64,000 nt of DNA from Candidatus Bathyarchaeia archaeon (GTDB taxonomy: Archaea > Thermoproteota > Bathyarchaeia > 40CM-2-53-6): contig JBEKVV010000003.1 in assembly GCA_049513715.1 (NCBI GenBank), positions 448,001 to 512,000 on the forward strand. Reading direction: 5' to 3'. A program made the position numbers and the translations under genes. Positions 8,034 to 18,784 of this stretch are shown here, one piece after another. The notes under the pieces are model-generated. The model did no database searches. It was not told where the DNA came from and saw nothing but the letters and a program-made list of their open reading frames with translations. Each line of letters begins with the position of its first letter. Positions within the stretch are counted from its first letter, which is position 1.

Positions 8034-10832
8034 CTAGAGTCGGCCGCAGATTTTCTTGGATACTATTGCTGAGGATATGAAGAGTGTCGATAACACGACT
8101 GTTGTAGTGGAGATTATGAGTGCGGGTTGTGACGAAAACAGCTCACCAAACAGGAGAGTCACCAAGCCGCCAAATAGCATGGCAGCGAGCGCTCTCTCAA
8201 GCATCCTCTGGCCCTTCCAATTGCGGAGGCGCCGAATCTTAATCCTTAGTACACCTATTGGTAGTCCCAGGTAGAAGGCGCCGATTAGAGAACTTGCGAG
8301 CAGGCCGGATAGTAGTACAGCAAGCTCGGGGTAGGAAGAGGTTGCTGAGAACAGGTTCGATGTTAGGTATAGGATTCCAATGAGCGGGTAGAGGACGCCT
8401 TTCATTACGGTTTGTTCAACCCAGTGCGTGTTCAAGTAGGCAGCAAGGTTGGGGCTAAAGGAATAGTACCATGCGTTGAATGCGATCATGAAGTTGGACC
8501 CGGATTTGGTCTTCATGATTGAATTATCACGGAAGTTCCGAAGCAACTGAACTTCAGGTGCTACTTCTGAGCCATATGTTGCTGTGGCGATGATACATTT
8601 TGGCGCAGCAGAAGCCGCGATCGTTAATCCGACATTGACGTTGTGAGATAGCGACCCGCTAGACCCCGTCACTTGGAGAGTGAATGTGCCTGTTGAAGAT
8701 GATGAAGTAGTGGTTACCGTGAGGGTTGAGGTTGCACTGGATCCTGAGGGCGGCGTTACAGGAGAGGGAAGGGTGACTGAGACACCAGATGGTGCGCTCC
8801 CGACCCAAGAATAAGCTAGCGTTACTGCGGAGCTGAAGCCGTTGGCAGACCCAACATCAACCGCTGATGTTCCGCTTAATCCCTGATTTATTGAGATAGA
8901 TGTTGGGTTAGCTGAGATGGTGAAGTCTGGGGTCACCACTGGGGCCGTAATCGTGATTGTGAGAGACTGAGAATGAGTCAGGCTCCCGCTGGTTCCCCCG
9001 ACACTGATAGTTCCAACCGCCGCAGAAGTCCCTGTGTCAACGCTGACCGTAATGGTCGATGGCACGCTTCCCCCAGACGGTGGCGTAACAGTAGTCGACG
9101 AGAATGAAACATGCACACCGCTAGGCAACACTCCCGTCGTGCTGAGGGCAACAGCGGAATTGAAGCCTCCAATTGAGGTTACGGTCGCCGTATCTGTAAC
9201 AGACGCGCCCGCTGCCACACTAACGCCGGGTGCACTTAGCGACAATGAGAAGTCTGCCCCAGGAGTCACAACCAACGTGAAAGCGGCAGTATGAGTTGCC
9301 GAGCCATCTGTTCCACTCACAGTAATTGGGTAAGACGCGGTCGGAACACTTGATGCCACGCTGACCGTTAATGTGGCTGAGTTAGTGCCGCCTCCCGGAA
9401 TATTGATCGGGTTGGAGCTGAAGCTTGAAAAAGTTACGCCAGCAGGAACCGAGCCTGTCACCGACAATGTGATGGATCCCGAATAACTCAGAACAGATGT
9501 TCCAGTAATTGTTACACTCCCAGAAGCACCTTGTGCGACTGAAACACTTGGCGGCGAAGCGCTTAGTCCGAAATCAGGGGTTGTACTAGTTATTCTGGCG
9601 ACTTTGTTCGCGCCAGCCTCCAATACCCATGTGTTGCCTGACGAATCAACAATGACGTCATGGGGCTGGCTCGCAGAGGCTAATGCGTACTCATTGAATT
9701 GGCCATTGGGAACTCCTGTAGTGGGGCTAGTTGCTGGGGCTACGACGTTTGTTGATCCTGCAACAGGAGCAGATGTAACTGGTGGAAGCCCAAGTGGGCC
9801 TCCGCCTGAGAGTGAAGTCGTTGGAGGAGCCGCGACTACGGTCCCGCCACTTGATGGGTCGAGTTCAGCTACCCTAGCGTTATTTGCACCAGTTGAATCT
9901 TCTCCAATCCAAGGATGTTGAGTCAACTGGTTAGTGCTAATCAACCTGGGGTCAGAGCCAATGGTAGGCACCTGCCACTCTTTGATCGTGTTATCGCCCC
10001 TCAGCACTCCAACGTAATTGTCGCTTCCAGTTGCACTCGTCACTCCTTGAGTGTACCATGGCTGGCCAAGAGCATCGAAAGCGAGGAAACGTCCTCCGGC
10101 CGAACCGTGACTTGGAAGAGGCCAGACAGAGTACTGCCCTGAGGCCCTATCCCACCTAACAAGCCCGGAAGTCCCGGCATACCAAACTGAACCGGCTCCA
10201 GCGTAGACGCCGTTTGCACCGTTTACCCCTGCTGGGAACGTGTCTTCATAGAGCGTTACAGCTCCCGTACCCGGATCGTAGATTGCCTCACCGTTGGCAT
10301 TCCGGAGAATCTCAGTAAACCTTACTCTGACGTAAGTCCCAGTGTATGGTTCGATGGAAACGTACTCAGCGCCGGAATTCACATGCGGCAGAGAATATTC
10401 CCTGAAGACTCCAGTCCCGGGGAGGAAAACGAATACCTTGTCCTTGGCGAATTCTGTTCCCCACACTTCCAAAGAACCGGAAACACTCGTCGTGGCAATA
10501 CCGTACGGGTTTGCCCCTGCCGTCGGAATGGTCCATTCTTGGAACGTGCCGGTTGAAGGATCAAAATGCGCCACATTGTTTCCGAAAAATTCAAGAAACC
10601 AGCAACAATTTCCACTTGGATCTAAAGCCAAGCCCCAAGGGCCGCTGTTCGGTGTCGGGACCGTCCATTCGGTCAATGTGGCGGGGCCAGGTGGAGCGTA
10701 TACTGGGCGTATGGATGTCGTCCATATTCCCACTGTCGCTGTTGATATGAGGAAGAGCGAGAGAATGAGTAATGCTTGCCCGAAAGTCTTCGGGTTCTTC
10801 GCTGCATGATGCCACCTAGACACCGAATCCAT
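8034..10832 (-). CDS. Large surface protein: Vgb-like beta-propeller, three Ig-like repeats, CFI-box-CTERM domain
   Basis: Repeated EWTxPT..P.G propeller blades; PDF/ADF-x-LS repeats; KCIIATATYGSEVAPEVQLLRNFRD followed by TM helices. Confidence 0.8.
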   Translation of the reverse strand: MDSVSRWHHAAKNPKTFGQALLILSLFLISTATVGIWTTSIRPVYAPPGPATLTEWTVPTPNSGPWGLALDPSGNCCWFLEFFGNNVAHFDPSTGTFQEWTIPTAGANPYGIATTSVSGSLEVWGTEFAKDKVFVFLPGTGVFREYSLPHVNSGAEYVSIEPYTGTYVRVRFTEILRNANGEAIYDPGTGAVTLYEDTFPAGVNGANGVYAGAGSVWYAGTSGLVRWDRASGQYSVWPLPSHGSAGGRFLAFDALGQPWYTQGVTSATGSDNYVGVLRGDNTIKEWQVPTIGSDPRLISTNQLTQHPWIGEDSTGANNARVAELDPSSGGTVVAAPPTTSLSGGGPLGLPPVTSAPVAGSTNVVAPATSPTTGVPNGQFNEYALASASQPHDVIVDSSGNTWVLEAGANKVARITSTTPDFGLSASPPSVSVAQGASGSVTITGTSVLSYSGSITLSVTGSVPAGVTFSSFSSNPINIPGGGTNSATLTVSVASSVPTASYPITVSGTDGSATHTAAFTLVVTPGADFSLSLSAPGVSVAAGASVTDTATVTSIGGFNSAVALSTTGVLPSGVHVSFSSTTVTPPSGGSVPSTITVSVDTGTSAAVGTISVGGTSGSLTHSQSLTITITAPVVTPDFTISANPTSISINQGLSGTSAVDVGSANGFSSAVTLAYSWVGSAPSGVSVTLPSPVTPPSGSSATSTLTVTTTSSSSTGTFTLQVTGSSGSLSHNVNVGLTIAASAAPKCIIATATYGSEVAPEVQLLRNFRDNSIMKTKSGSNFMIAFNAWYYSFSPNLAAYLNTHWVEQTVMKGVLYPLIGILYLTSNLFSATSSYPELAVLLSGLLASSLIGAFYLGLPIGVLRIKIRRLRNWKGQRMLERALAAMLFGGLVTLLFGELFSSQPALIISTTTVVLSTLFISSAIVSKKICGRL

Positions 10833-10905
10833 ACTAGAACACGATAGAAAGTATGTAGAGTGATGCCTATTTCATGGTTTCCATCCGTTCACCATACAAT
10901 CCACG

Positions 10906-11901
10906 CTACCAGCTCCCAACATCTACGCGTTTCCCGAACCGAGAAATGAGAGCAGACCGAGACTTTGTAGCGTAACCAACCTCCACCGCCTCCGGCAGCA
11001 ACGCCTTCAGTCGCTTTGCTGCACGCATTGGAGACACTATAAGGAACCCGATTCCCATGTTGAAGGTGCGGTACATCTCTCGGTCAGAGATATGGCCTCT
11101 GTACTGAATCTGCTGGAATATCGACTGGGGGTTGGGTAAACTATCCAGCATAAACCCCACTCGTGACCGTAAGCCGATTCTCTTGAGTTTGGAATATGCT
11201 CCTCCAGTGATGTGGGCCAACGCATGTACCTCGACTCTCGACCTCACAAGCCTCAAAACAGGATCCACGTAGATGCGTGTTGGACGCAATAGTTCTCGCA
11301 AGACCTGCGGGTCGACTCTCTTAGTTAGAAGCACCTTCCGGGCAAGGGTTAAGCCGTTGCTGTGGATGCCACTGCTTCGCAGCCCAAAGATCACATCCCC
11401 CGGCTCTATCTGCTCGCCAGTGATGAGACTATCTTTTCGCACGAGTCCTATGACCATTGCAGCCAAGTCGAAGCCTTTCACAACATCAGGCATTATGGCC
11501 GTTTCTCCGGACACGATTGCGACGCCCGCTTCTCGCGCTCCTCGCTGCAATCCCCTGATTATTTGTGTCACGAGTTCGGGCCGCGTTTTCTCGAGTGCCA
11601 GATAATCCACGAGGGCTAAGGGCTCGGCTCCGAGGCAGATGACGTCATTCACGTTCATCGCGACGCAGTCAATGCCAATTGTATCGTACTTGTGGCAGGC
11701 TTCAGCTACGAGGACCTTTGTTCCGACACCGTCAGCGTGCAAAGCGAGAGCGTAACCCTGCCCAATATCGATCAAGCCAGCATAGTGCTGCCTAACGCCA
11801 AGAACCTGTCCCATTTTTCCTCTCCGAGTCTGAAACGTCTTTGACAGAATTCCGTTGATGGTGTCATGGATTTTCGAAATTTCACCTATGTCAATGCCCA
11901 C
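10906..11901 (-). CDS. purM: AIR synthetase (phosphoribosylformylglycinamidine cyclo-ligase)
   Basis: DGVGTK, DCVAMNVND, GETAIMP, SSGIHSNG, HITGG, TFNMGIG. 5' end is anomalous (see findings). Confidence 0.93.
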   Translation of the reverse strand: MGIDIGEISKIHDTINGILSKTFQTRRGKMGQVLGVRQHYAGLIDIGQGYALALHADGVGTKVLVAEACHKYDTIGIDCVAMNVNDVICLGAEPLALVDYLALEKTRPELVTQIIRGLQRGAREAGVAIVSGETAIMPDVVKGFDLAAMVIGLVRKDSLITGEQIEPGDVIFGLRSSGIHSNGLTLARKVLLTKRVDPQVLRELLRPTRIYVDPVLRLVRSRVEVHALAHITGGAYSKLKRIGLRSRVGFMLDSLPNPQSIFQQIQYRGHISDREMYRTFNMGIGFLIVSPMRAAKRLKALLPEAVEVGYATKSRSALISRFGKRVDVGSW

Positions 11902-11934
11902 TTGGGCGTAGGTTTTAGGCGACCTGGTTCACTC

Positions 11935-12330
11935 TCACTTTGAAGCATCGAGAATTCTCTTTGCTAGATGTGCCGCGTTCTCAGCGGAGTCGATGCCGAC
12001 CGCGCAGACGGGGACCCCACGCGGCATTTGAACGATTGAAAGAAGTGAATCCAAGCCTCCCAAAGCTTTGTTCACTGGCACACCAATAACGGGTTTTTCT
12101 GTTCTTGAAGCGATGAAGCCCGGCAAATGGGCGGCGAGACCTGCGATCGCGATGAAGACCTTGGCTTTGCTTGAAGCCAAATAGGCCTCTAGCTTTTTCG
12201 GATCCCGGTGGGCTGACAAGATCTGTGTTTCATGAGAGACACCGAGTTCGTCTAATGTCTGCTCCGCTCGTTTAGCTATCTCCAAATCGCTTTTCGAGCC
12301 TATCACGATAGAAACCGCAACATCAACCAT
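11935..12330 (-). CDS. purE: N5-CAIR mutase / AIR carboxylase
   Basis: [35 protein letters not shown]. Confidence 0.95.
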   Translation of the reverse strand: MVDVAVSIVIGSKSDLEIAKRAEQTLDELGVSHETQILSAHRDPKKLEAYLASSKAKVFIAIAGLAAHLPGFIASRTEKPVIGVPVNKALGGLDSLLSIVQMPRGVPVCAVGIDSAENAAHLAKRILDASK

Positions 12331-12351
12331 ACTTCATCATCTCTCAACTCA

Positions 12352-13089
12352 TCAAGTCGAAGTAATTGCTCCTACCATTTGGTATTCGATGAATCGTTCC
12401 TGCCTCCGATTCCAATCCTCTTCCCAGTTGTCGCTCCAATCAATTACAACCCTGCCTTCGCTCACCTTGAGCCGCTCGTCCGCGTGAAGTTGAATCGCCT
12501 TCGAGTAAGTGCGGTGTTCCTGGATGAGGATGCGTTTGGCGAGGGTTTCCGGAGTATCGGTAGTATTCACGGGTACTGTGGTTTGAATTATGGTTGGGCC
12601 GCCGTCGACACTTTCGTCGACATAATGAATTGTGCACCCGGACTCTTTCTCTCCAGCTCGCAAGACCGCTTCATGAACGTGTTCACCATACATTCCTCGC
12701 CCCCCGAACTTCACTAAATCCTTCGCGGGATGAATGTTCATGATTCGCCACCTGAACGCCTGCACAACCGTAGAACCAAGTACCTGCGTGAAACCCGCGA
12801 GGGCGATAAGATCAATGTGATACCGTTGTAGAACAGCAACCGCCTTCGTGTCGAATTCCGTTCGGGCCTTCTCCCGGTCTTCCTTGCTAGCGAACTTCCT
12901 CCCCACGATGCCTTCCAGGAACTCGATAGGTATTGAGTTTCCTTTAGCGACCTCGACCACTGGAGTCGTCCTATCGTTGATCATGAGCAGAGCGACCTCG
13001 ACATTCCTCAGAACTTCAAGCCGAGCATGGTCGATTATGGCGCGGAAGTTGGAGCCTCTGCCTGAAGCAAAGACCGCGAGCCTCTTCAT
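12352..13089 (-). CDS. purN: GAR transformylase (10-formyl-THF type)
   Basis: ASGRGSNF, LAGF, NIHP, GCTIHYVDESVDGGP. Confidence 0.92.
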   Translation of the reverse strand: MKRLAVFASGRGSNFRAIIDHARLEVLRNVEVALLMINDRTTPVVEVAKGNSIPIEFLEGIVGRKFASKEDREKARTEFDTKAVAVLQRYHIDLIALAGFTQVLGSTVVQAFRWRIMNIHPAKDLVKFGGRGMYGEHVHEAVLRAGEKESGCTIHYVDESVDGGPTIIQTTVPVNTTDTPETLAKRILIQEHRTYSKAIQLHADERLKVSEGRVVIDWSDNWEEDWNRRQERFIEYQMVGAITST

Positions 13090-14486
13090 GCAATCCCCGC
13101 TTGAAGAGGTGGATTCACACGACCATTTGTCTCTAATGATTTCACGTGTTCAATCCGCTTTCGGATTAAGCTTGTAGTCCCAATGTCTCGCCTATGCCTC
13201 AGTGGGCCCGTAATATAGGACGTTGCAGCCTCAGCCAACCTTTCGGCCGATTCAATAGTCTCCCCGAAACCAACCACTCCTACGGTCCTTGACTTTGCAG
13301 TCACAATATGACTGTTCTTGATGTCGACGCTGGCGTAGAAGACTGACGCACCTTCTCTTCGGATAGCTATCTCGTCCACTTGGATCTCTTGGTCTGGGGC
13401 AGCATTGTCGGGGTAGCCTTTTGGTACCAAGTACTTGCAGACCGAGGCTTTCGAATCAAATGAAACATGTTTCGTGGAAAGATTTCCACCTGCGATTCTC
13501 TCACAAACATCTGCAAAGTCAGTTCTAAGGAGTGGAAGAACATTCATTGCCTCAGGATCTCCGAACCGGCAGTTGAACTCAATTAGCTTAGGGCTAGGCT
13601 TCTTCTCATTCAAACTACGAGTAAGCATGAATTGCCCATAGAGGATACCGTGATACTCTTCACTTGTCTCTTTCTTCAGTGCTCGAACAACGTTCGCCAT
13701 GATCTGTGAGCTGGCCTCCAAATCCTTCCGGGTCACGAACGGAAGCAAATGATCGCGGTCACTGTAGCTGCCCATTCCGCCCGTGTTTGGCCCCGAATCA
13801 CCGTCGTACGCTCGTTTGTGGTCTTGGACGAGCGGCATCACATGAACATCGTGCCCATCAACGAAGGCTTGAACGGAATACTCTTCGCCGTCAAGCCTCT
13901 CCTCTACAATGAGTTTTGCAACACCGCCCGGTTTGCTCTGAAGAACTTGTCTAGCGTACTCTACCTCGGCTTCCTTGCTCGGAAGATCTATGCCAGAAAC
14001 CTTCACTCCCTTACCGCCCGTCAAACCAGCAGGCTTGATTGCAATGGGCCCCGCGGTTTTGATGAACGCTTCTGCGGAATTGGCGCCTGTGAAGATTCGA
14101 AAGAACGGGTTGCCGGGGATCTCGTATTTATCTAATAGCTCTCTGCAAAATGCCTTGTCGCCTTCTAGGGAAGCGAGTTTCTTCGTTGGCCCCACGCACC
14201 TTACCCCTGCTTTGATCAACTCATCGACGACACCAGTCACGAGCGGCCCTTCAGGCCCAATTACAGCCAACTCTACTTTCGTTCGCGTCGCGTAATCCGC
14301 CACCGCCTGTGGGTCGTTAATTTTCATAGTGGTTGCTGATTTGGCCAGCTTAATGATCCCCGGGTTGCGCGAAGTCATGGCTGCATACAATTCGACACTG
14401 GCCGACCTCGACAGGGAGGCGGCGATTGCGTGCTCTCTTCCGCCTGAGCCTACGAGCAGGACTCGTGTCAATGTTCCATCTCCCAA
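13086..14486 (-). CDS. purD: GAR synthetase (phosphoribosylamine--glycine ligase)
   Basis: GSGGREHA, GPEGPL, QDHKR, GPNTGGMG, EFNCRFGDPE. Confidence 0.95.
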   Translation of the reverse strand: MGDGTLTRVLLVGSGGREHAIAASLSRSASVELYAAMTSRNPGIIKLAKSATTMKINDPQAVADYATRTKVELAVIGPEGPLVTGVVDELIKAGVRCVGPTKKLASLEGDKAFCRELLDKYEIPGNPFFRIFTGANSAEAFIKTAGPIAIKPAGLTGGKGVKVSGIDLPSKEAEVEYARQVLQSKPGGVAKLIVEERLDGEEYSVQAFVDGHDVHVMPLVQDHKRAYDGDSGPNTGGMGSYSDRDHLLPFVTRKDLEASSQIMANVVRALKKETSEEYHGILYGQFMLTRSLNEKKPSPKLIEFNCRFGDPEAMNVLPLLRTDFADVCERIAGGNLSTKHVSFDSKASVCKYLVPKGYPDNAAPDQEIQVDEIAIRREGASVFYASVDIKNSHIVTAKSRTVGVVGFGETIESAERLAEAATSYITGPLRHRRDIGTTSLIRKRIEHVKSLETNGRVNPPLQAGIA

Positions 14487-15934
14487 TATCGTACAGTTGG
14501 ACTTGGAGGATTTGTTCGCATGTCATCTGCGATTCTTTGGGCCAGTGATGTCGGGTACACTCCGGTCAGGCAGGCTAGACACATCTCTTGCTTCGGAAGT
14601 CCGATCGCGTCGAGCAAACCCTCGATTGTCTGATAGCAGAGTTCATCAGCGCCGACTGTTTTCCGGATTTCCTCAACAGATTTGCTTGAAGCAATCAGCT
14701 CTGCGTAAGAGGCCATATCGATGCCATAGAAGCAAGGTGATTTGATGGGGGGGCATGTCACCCATACTTCAATGCGTCTTGCGCCTGCCTCTTTCAGTAG
14801 GTTAACGATCTTTCGCATCGTGGTTCCGCGCACAATACTATCATCCACCAGAAGGATGTTCTTGCCCTCAACAACAGCACGCACGGCGTTCAATTTGAGC
14901 CGCACAGCATTATCCCGGCCTTCCTGACGGGGCATGATGAAGGTCCGCCCGACGTAGCGATTTTTGATGAGCCCTTCCAAGACAGGGATACCTGTTTCAC
15001 ATGAGATTCCCTCGCCAGCAGGGCGGGCAGTGTCTGGGACAGGGACGATTACGTCTGCGTGTGTCTTGTAGGTTCTAGCAAGATTTCGGCCGAGCCTTAT
15101 CCTAACCGAGTAAACACCCTTGTCATCGATTGTTGAGTCCGGCCGACTGAAGTAGACGTATTCGAACATGCAGCGAGAATAACTGCTCCGCTGCACAAGC
15201 TTGGTTCTGGAGAGTGGTTCCCCTTCGCGCACGACAACCAACTCTCCCGGTTTAACGTTCACGTGTTCATGTATTCCATTCACGTCGAGTGCAACACTCT
15301 CAGAAGCGAACATAACTAGTCCATCTGACTGGCCAAAACAGAGAGGGCGAAAACCGTTCGGGTCGCGAAAGGCGATTAGCTCTCCGTTTCCGGTTAGGGC
15401 AACAACTGAGTAAGCACCTTCGAATTTTGAGATGCAATTTCCAACAGCTTTCTCGATGTTGCCTCCATCAGAGAGCGCGTTGGCTAGAGTTTTGAGCATA
15501 ACCTCAGCATCGCAAGTGGCAGAGAGGAAAGTGCCGTTCGAACGCATATCCTTGCAGAGTGCAGGGAAGTTCACAAGGTTGCCGTTATGGCAAAGCGCCA
15601 TGCCACCTTTGGGTCTGTCAGAGAAGTATGGTTGCGCAAATTCCTCGATTCTCTGGGGGTCCGCAAGTGTTCTCTGATCTGCGGGTTGACCCACGGTAGA
15701 ATATCTCACATGTCCGATACCAACACTGCCTCGAATGTCTTGAAACTCCTCAATGTTGTCCACGAGGCCGAGCTGTTTTCTGTGGTGGAATAGGCCCTTG
15801 TCGACGGTGAAGATCCCAAAGGCCTCTTGGCCACGGTGTTGGAGCGCGAGAAGACCAAGCCAAATGTTATGGTTAACATCACCATTCGAGCGCATGGCTC
15901 CAATGACGCCACAACTTTCCCTTACCTCGGCCAA
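14468..15934 (-). CDS. purF: Amidophosphoribosyltransferase
   Basis: N-terminal CG nucleophile after a short propeptide; LQHRGQE, GHVRYST, DDSIVRGTT; Fe-S cysteines (CLAC). Confidence 0.96.
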   Translation of the reverse strand: MAEVRESCGVIGAMRSNGDVNHNIWLGLLALQHRGQEAFGIFTVDKGLFHHRKQLGLVDNIEEFQDIRGSVGIGHVRYSTVGQPADQRTLADPQRIEEFAQPYFSDRPKGGMALCHNGNLVNFPALCKDMRSNGTFLSATCDAEVMLKTLANALSDGGNIEKAVGNCISKFEGAYSVVALTGNGELIAFRDPNGFRPLCFGQSDGLVMFASESVALDVNGIHEHVNVKPGELVVVREGEPLSRTKLVQRSSYSRCMFEYVYFSRPDSTIDDKGVYSVRIRLGRNLARTYKTHADVIVPVPDTARPAGEGISCETGIPVLEGLIKNRYVGRTFIMPRQEGRDNAVRLKLNAVRAVVEGKNILLVDDSIVRGTTMRKIVNLLKEAGARRIEVWVTCPPIKSPCFYGIDMASYAELIASSKSVEEIRKTVGADELCYQTIEGLLDAIGLPKQEMCLACLTGVYPTSLAQRIADDMRTNPPSPTVRYWEMEH

Positions 15935-18129
15935 GGCTCCAGAATCCTCTCCAGAGCGGTTGAGTAAGCCTCTCGGATTGCAGTCAAACTTAGGTTAAAC
16001 ATCCCCGCACGCGATGTAAATTTCAAGGAATCGCCGCCGACTTTTCCAATCACAGCAAAGGGGATTCTATTGTCCGCGAATTTTTCCTTCACCAGGTTTG
16101 TTTTATTTGAGGTGAGTATGAACCTGGAGTTTGATTCGGAGAATAGGGTTTCATCTTCTCTCATTTTCTCGGCAGGCAGATTTCTCAGGTCAATTGTGGC
16201 ACCTTTCTCGCCTGCGATAACCATCTCAGCGAGTGATACTCCCAGACCACCCTTAGAGCAATCATGGCATGCAGTGACAAGCTGCGATTTGATGCAGTCG
16301 AGCACAGCGGCTTGAGTCCTTTTCTCAAGCTCGAAATTCAATGAAGGTGGACCGTTCCCCGTTCCATCTAGAAGGTGGTAGTACTCGGAACCACCCAATT
16401 CTCGTTTGGTTTTCCCTACCGCGAATATTGCTTCTTCATCTTGCTTGAAACCCAATTTCGTGATATGTTCGGGTTTCTCAACCAATCCGAGAACGCTGAT
16501 GACAGGCGAAGATTTTATCGCCTTTTTGGTCACCTCGTCTTGGTTGTAGAAGCTTACTTTACCACCGACGCAGGGCAAAGAGAGAACATTCGCGAAGTCC
16601 GCTATACCTTTCACCGTCATTGAGAAGGCCCCGAAGATCCTCTCGTCGTTCGGATCGCCGAACTGACAATGGTCGAGAAAGGCGATTGGTTCCGCGCCAA
16701 CGGCAACGATGTTGCGACATGCCTCCGCAAGTACACTCGCACCGCCGACGTAAGGGTCCATATCACAAAACCGTGCGTTACCGTCAACTTTGACCGCGGC
16801 GAACTTCCCGTTAGGCAATCTTAGCACAGCTGCATCAGATTCACCAGGTTTGGCAATTGTTCTAATTCCTACCTCATGGTCGTATTGGCTGTAGACCCAT
16901 TCTTTGCTTGCGATTGTCGGAGAACTCAGGAGGTTCAGAAAGAGCGCTTCGATTCCTTGGGAAGGACAAGGCTCAGACCCCTGATTGAAAAAGTGTGGTG
17001 GCTTGCCAATCCTGTGGATGATGGGCGCATTCGCGAGAAAACGAGTTGGAAGGTCGGCAATCACTGTGCCGTAACGAACAATCGACACTTTCCCAGTTGA
17101 TGTGACCGCTGCGATGCGGGCGAAGGACACACCGTATTTTCTCATAATGCCCAGCAGTGTTGGTTCATGCCCTTCCTTCACCACGAGTAGCATCCTCTCT
17201 TGAGATTCCGAGATCATGATTTCAATCGAGTTCATGTCTGATTCGCGAATCGGAATTTCCTCTAAGTAAACCTCTAGGCCAGTGCCGCCTTTGTCGGCTA
17301 TTTCCGAAAGTCCCGTTGCCAGTCCGCCTCCGCCCAGGTCTTTGCAGCCTCGTAGAATTCCGGCTCTGCTTGCTTCCAGCGTTGCTTCAATGATCAATTT
17401 CTTGGTGAAAGGATCAGGTATCTGTACCGCCGACCTTTCTTCTTCAGAATTCGCGGCGAGTGTTCTTGACGCGAAAGTTGCTCCGTGAATTCCGTCGCGT
17501 CCTGTGGACCCGCCTATTAGGTAGACACTGTCCGCCGGGTGTGTCGCCTCTGCGAGCAGCAGCTCTTCCTTCCTGCCCAAGCCTAGGCACGCAACGTCAA
17601 CGAGGCAGTTCCTCTCGAAGCATTCGTCGAATTCAATCTCCCCCGCTACCGTTGGGACGCCGATGCAGTTGCCGTAGTCAGCGATTCCCCTTACCACGTT
17701 CTTCATTATCCATTTGGAGTGATCGCTCTTTGTAATGTCGCCGAACTTTAGGGAATCGAGTAGAGCGATTGGAATACTTCCCATGCAGAGGATGTCGCGG
17801 ACGACGCCTCCTATTCCTGTTGCAGCTCCGCCGTAAGGTTCGATGGCGCTAGGATGGTTGTGGCTTTCAATATGAAACGTCAGAACATAGCCGTCTCCAA
17901 TGTCGACAACGCCGGAATCATAGCCAGGGCCGACTAGGACGCGCGGCCCGGTTGTCGGAAGCTGTGTTAGCAGGGGTTTGGAGGATTTGTAGCTGCAATG
18001 CTCGCTCCATTCTGCGTCAATCAATGCCCACTCGAGTGCATTGGGTTCTCTTCCAAGTTGTTTGCGAGCGTACTGAATTTCATCGGGGGTGAGTGTGGTT
18101 TCGATTTCTCCAACTAGCATTTGGCCCAC
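15922..18129 (-). CDS. purL: FGAM synthase subunit PurL
   Basis: WSEHCSYKS, ESHNHPS, GAATGIGG, SESQERM. Confidence 0.96.
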   Translation of the reverse strand: MGQMLVGEIETTLTPDEIQYARKQLGREPNALEWALIDAEWSEHCSYKSSKPLLTQLPTTGPRVLVGPGYDSGVVDIGDGYVLTFHIESHNHPSAIEPYGGAATGIGGVVRDILCMGSIPIALLDSLKFGDITKSDHSKWIMKNVVRGIADYGNCIGVPTVAGEIEFDECFERNCLVDVACLGLGRKEELLLAEATHPADSVYLIGGSTGRDGIHGATFASRTLAANSEEERSAVQIPDPFTKKLIIEATLEASRAGILRGCKDLGGGGLATGLSEIADKGGTGLEVYLEEIPIRESDMNSIEIMISESQERMLLVVKEGHEPTLLGIMRKYGVSFARIAAVTSTGKVSIVRYGTVIADLPTRFLANAPIIHRIGKPPHFFNQGSEPCPSQGIEALFLNLLSSPTIASKEWVYSQYDHEVGIRTIAKPGESDAAVLRLPNGKFAAVKVDGNARFCDMDPYVGGASVLAEACRNIVAVGAEPIAFLDHCQFGDPNDERIFGAFSMTVKGIADFANVLSLPCVGGKVSFYNQDEVTKKAIKSSPVISVLGLVEKPEHITKLGFKQDEEAIFAVGKTKRELGGSEYYHLLDGTGNGPPSLNFELEKRTQAAVLDCIKSQLVTACHDCSKGGLGVSLAEMVIAGEKGATIDLRNLPAEKMREDETLFSESNSRFILTSNKTNLVKEKFADNRIPFAVIGKVGGDSLKFTSRAGMFNLSLTAIREAYSTALERILEPWPR

Positions 18130-18782
18130 TCAACCATCGACTCAAACACCTTTAGTCCATCTGTCCCACCTAGTGCGGAATCGCTGGCCCTCTCCGGGTG
18201 GGGCATCATGCCTACAACATTCCCTTTCTCGTTCGAGACGCCGACGATGCCTCGTGCGGTTCCAGTTGGATTTTCCTCATCATACTTCATTACGATTTGA
18301 CCGGCTGCCGATAGGGCATCGAGAAGTTCGTCATCAGCGAAATATCGGCCTTCGTTGTGGGCAATCGGCATCCTGATTTTCGTATCTTTCTTGAAAGTGC
18401 ACGTGAACGCCGAATTATTGGCTTCCACTTTCAGGGCTGTCCATTTGCATACAAACTTGAGGCCAGCGTTACGCAGCAAGGCTCCGGGTAGAAGGCCGGC
18501 TTCAATCAGAATCTGGAACCCATTACATATTCCTAGAACAGGTTTGCCGTCACTAGCCATTTGAATGACGGCTTTCGTTGCTGGTGAATGTGCTGCGATG
18601 ATTCCGGCCCTGAGGTGGTCGCCGAAACTGAACCCTCCGGGGAGAATCACAGCGTCGTAGGAGCCGTCTTTGAAATCATTGTGCCAGACTAGGTTGGCAT
18701 CAATTCGCAGTGACTCTTTGAGAACGTGTACAGTGTCTCGGTCACAGTTACTGCCAGGGAACTCAATTACAGCGACGCGCAT
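18114..18782 (-). CDS. purQ: FGAM synthase glutaminase subunit PurQ
   Basis: FPGSNCD, PGGFSFGD, GICNGFQ, MMPHPER. Confidence 0.96.
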   Translation of the reverse strand: MRVAVIEFPGSNCDRDTVHVLKESLRIDANLVWHNDFKDGSYDAVILPGGFSFGDHLRAGIIAAHSPATKAVIQMASDGKPVLGICNGFQILIEAGLLPGALLRNAGLKFVCKWTALKVEANNSAFTCTFKKDTKIRMPIAHNEGRYFADDELLDALSAAGQIVMKYDEENPTGTARGIVGVSNEKGNVVGMMPHPERASDSALGGTDGLKVFESMVEWAKC

Positions 18783-18784
18783 GT

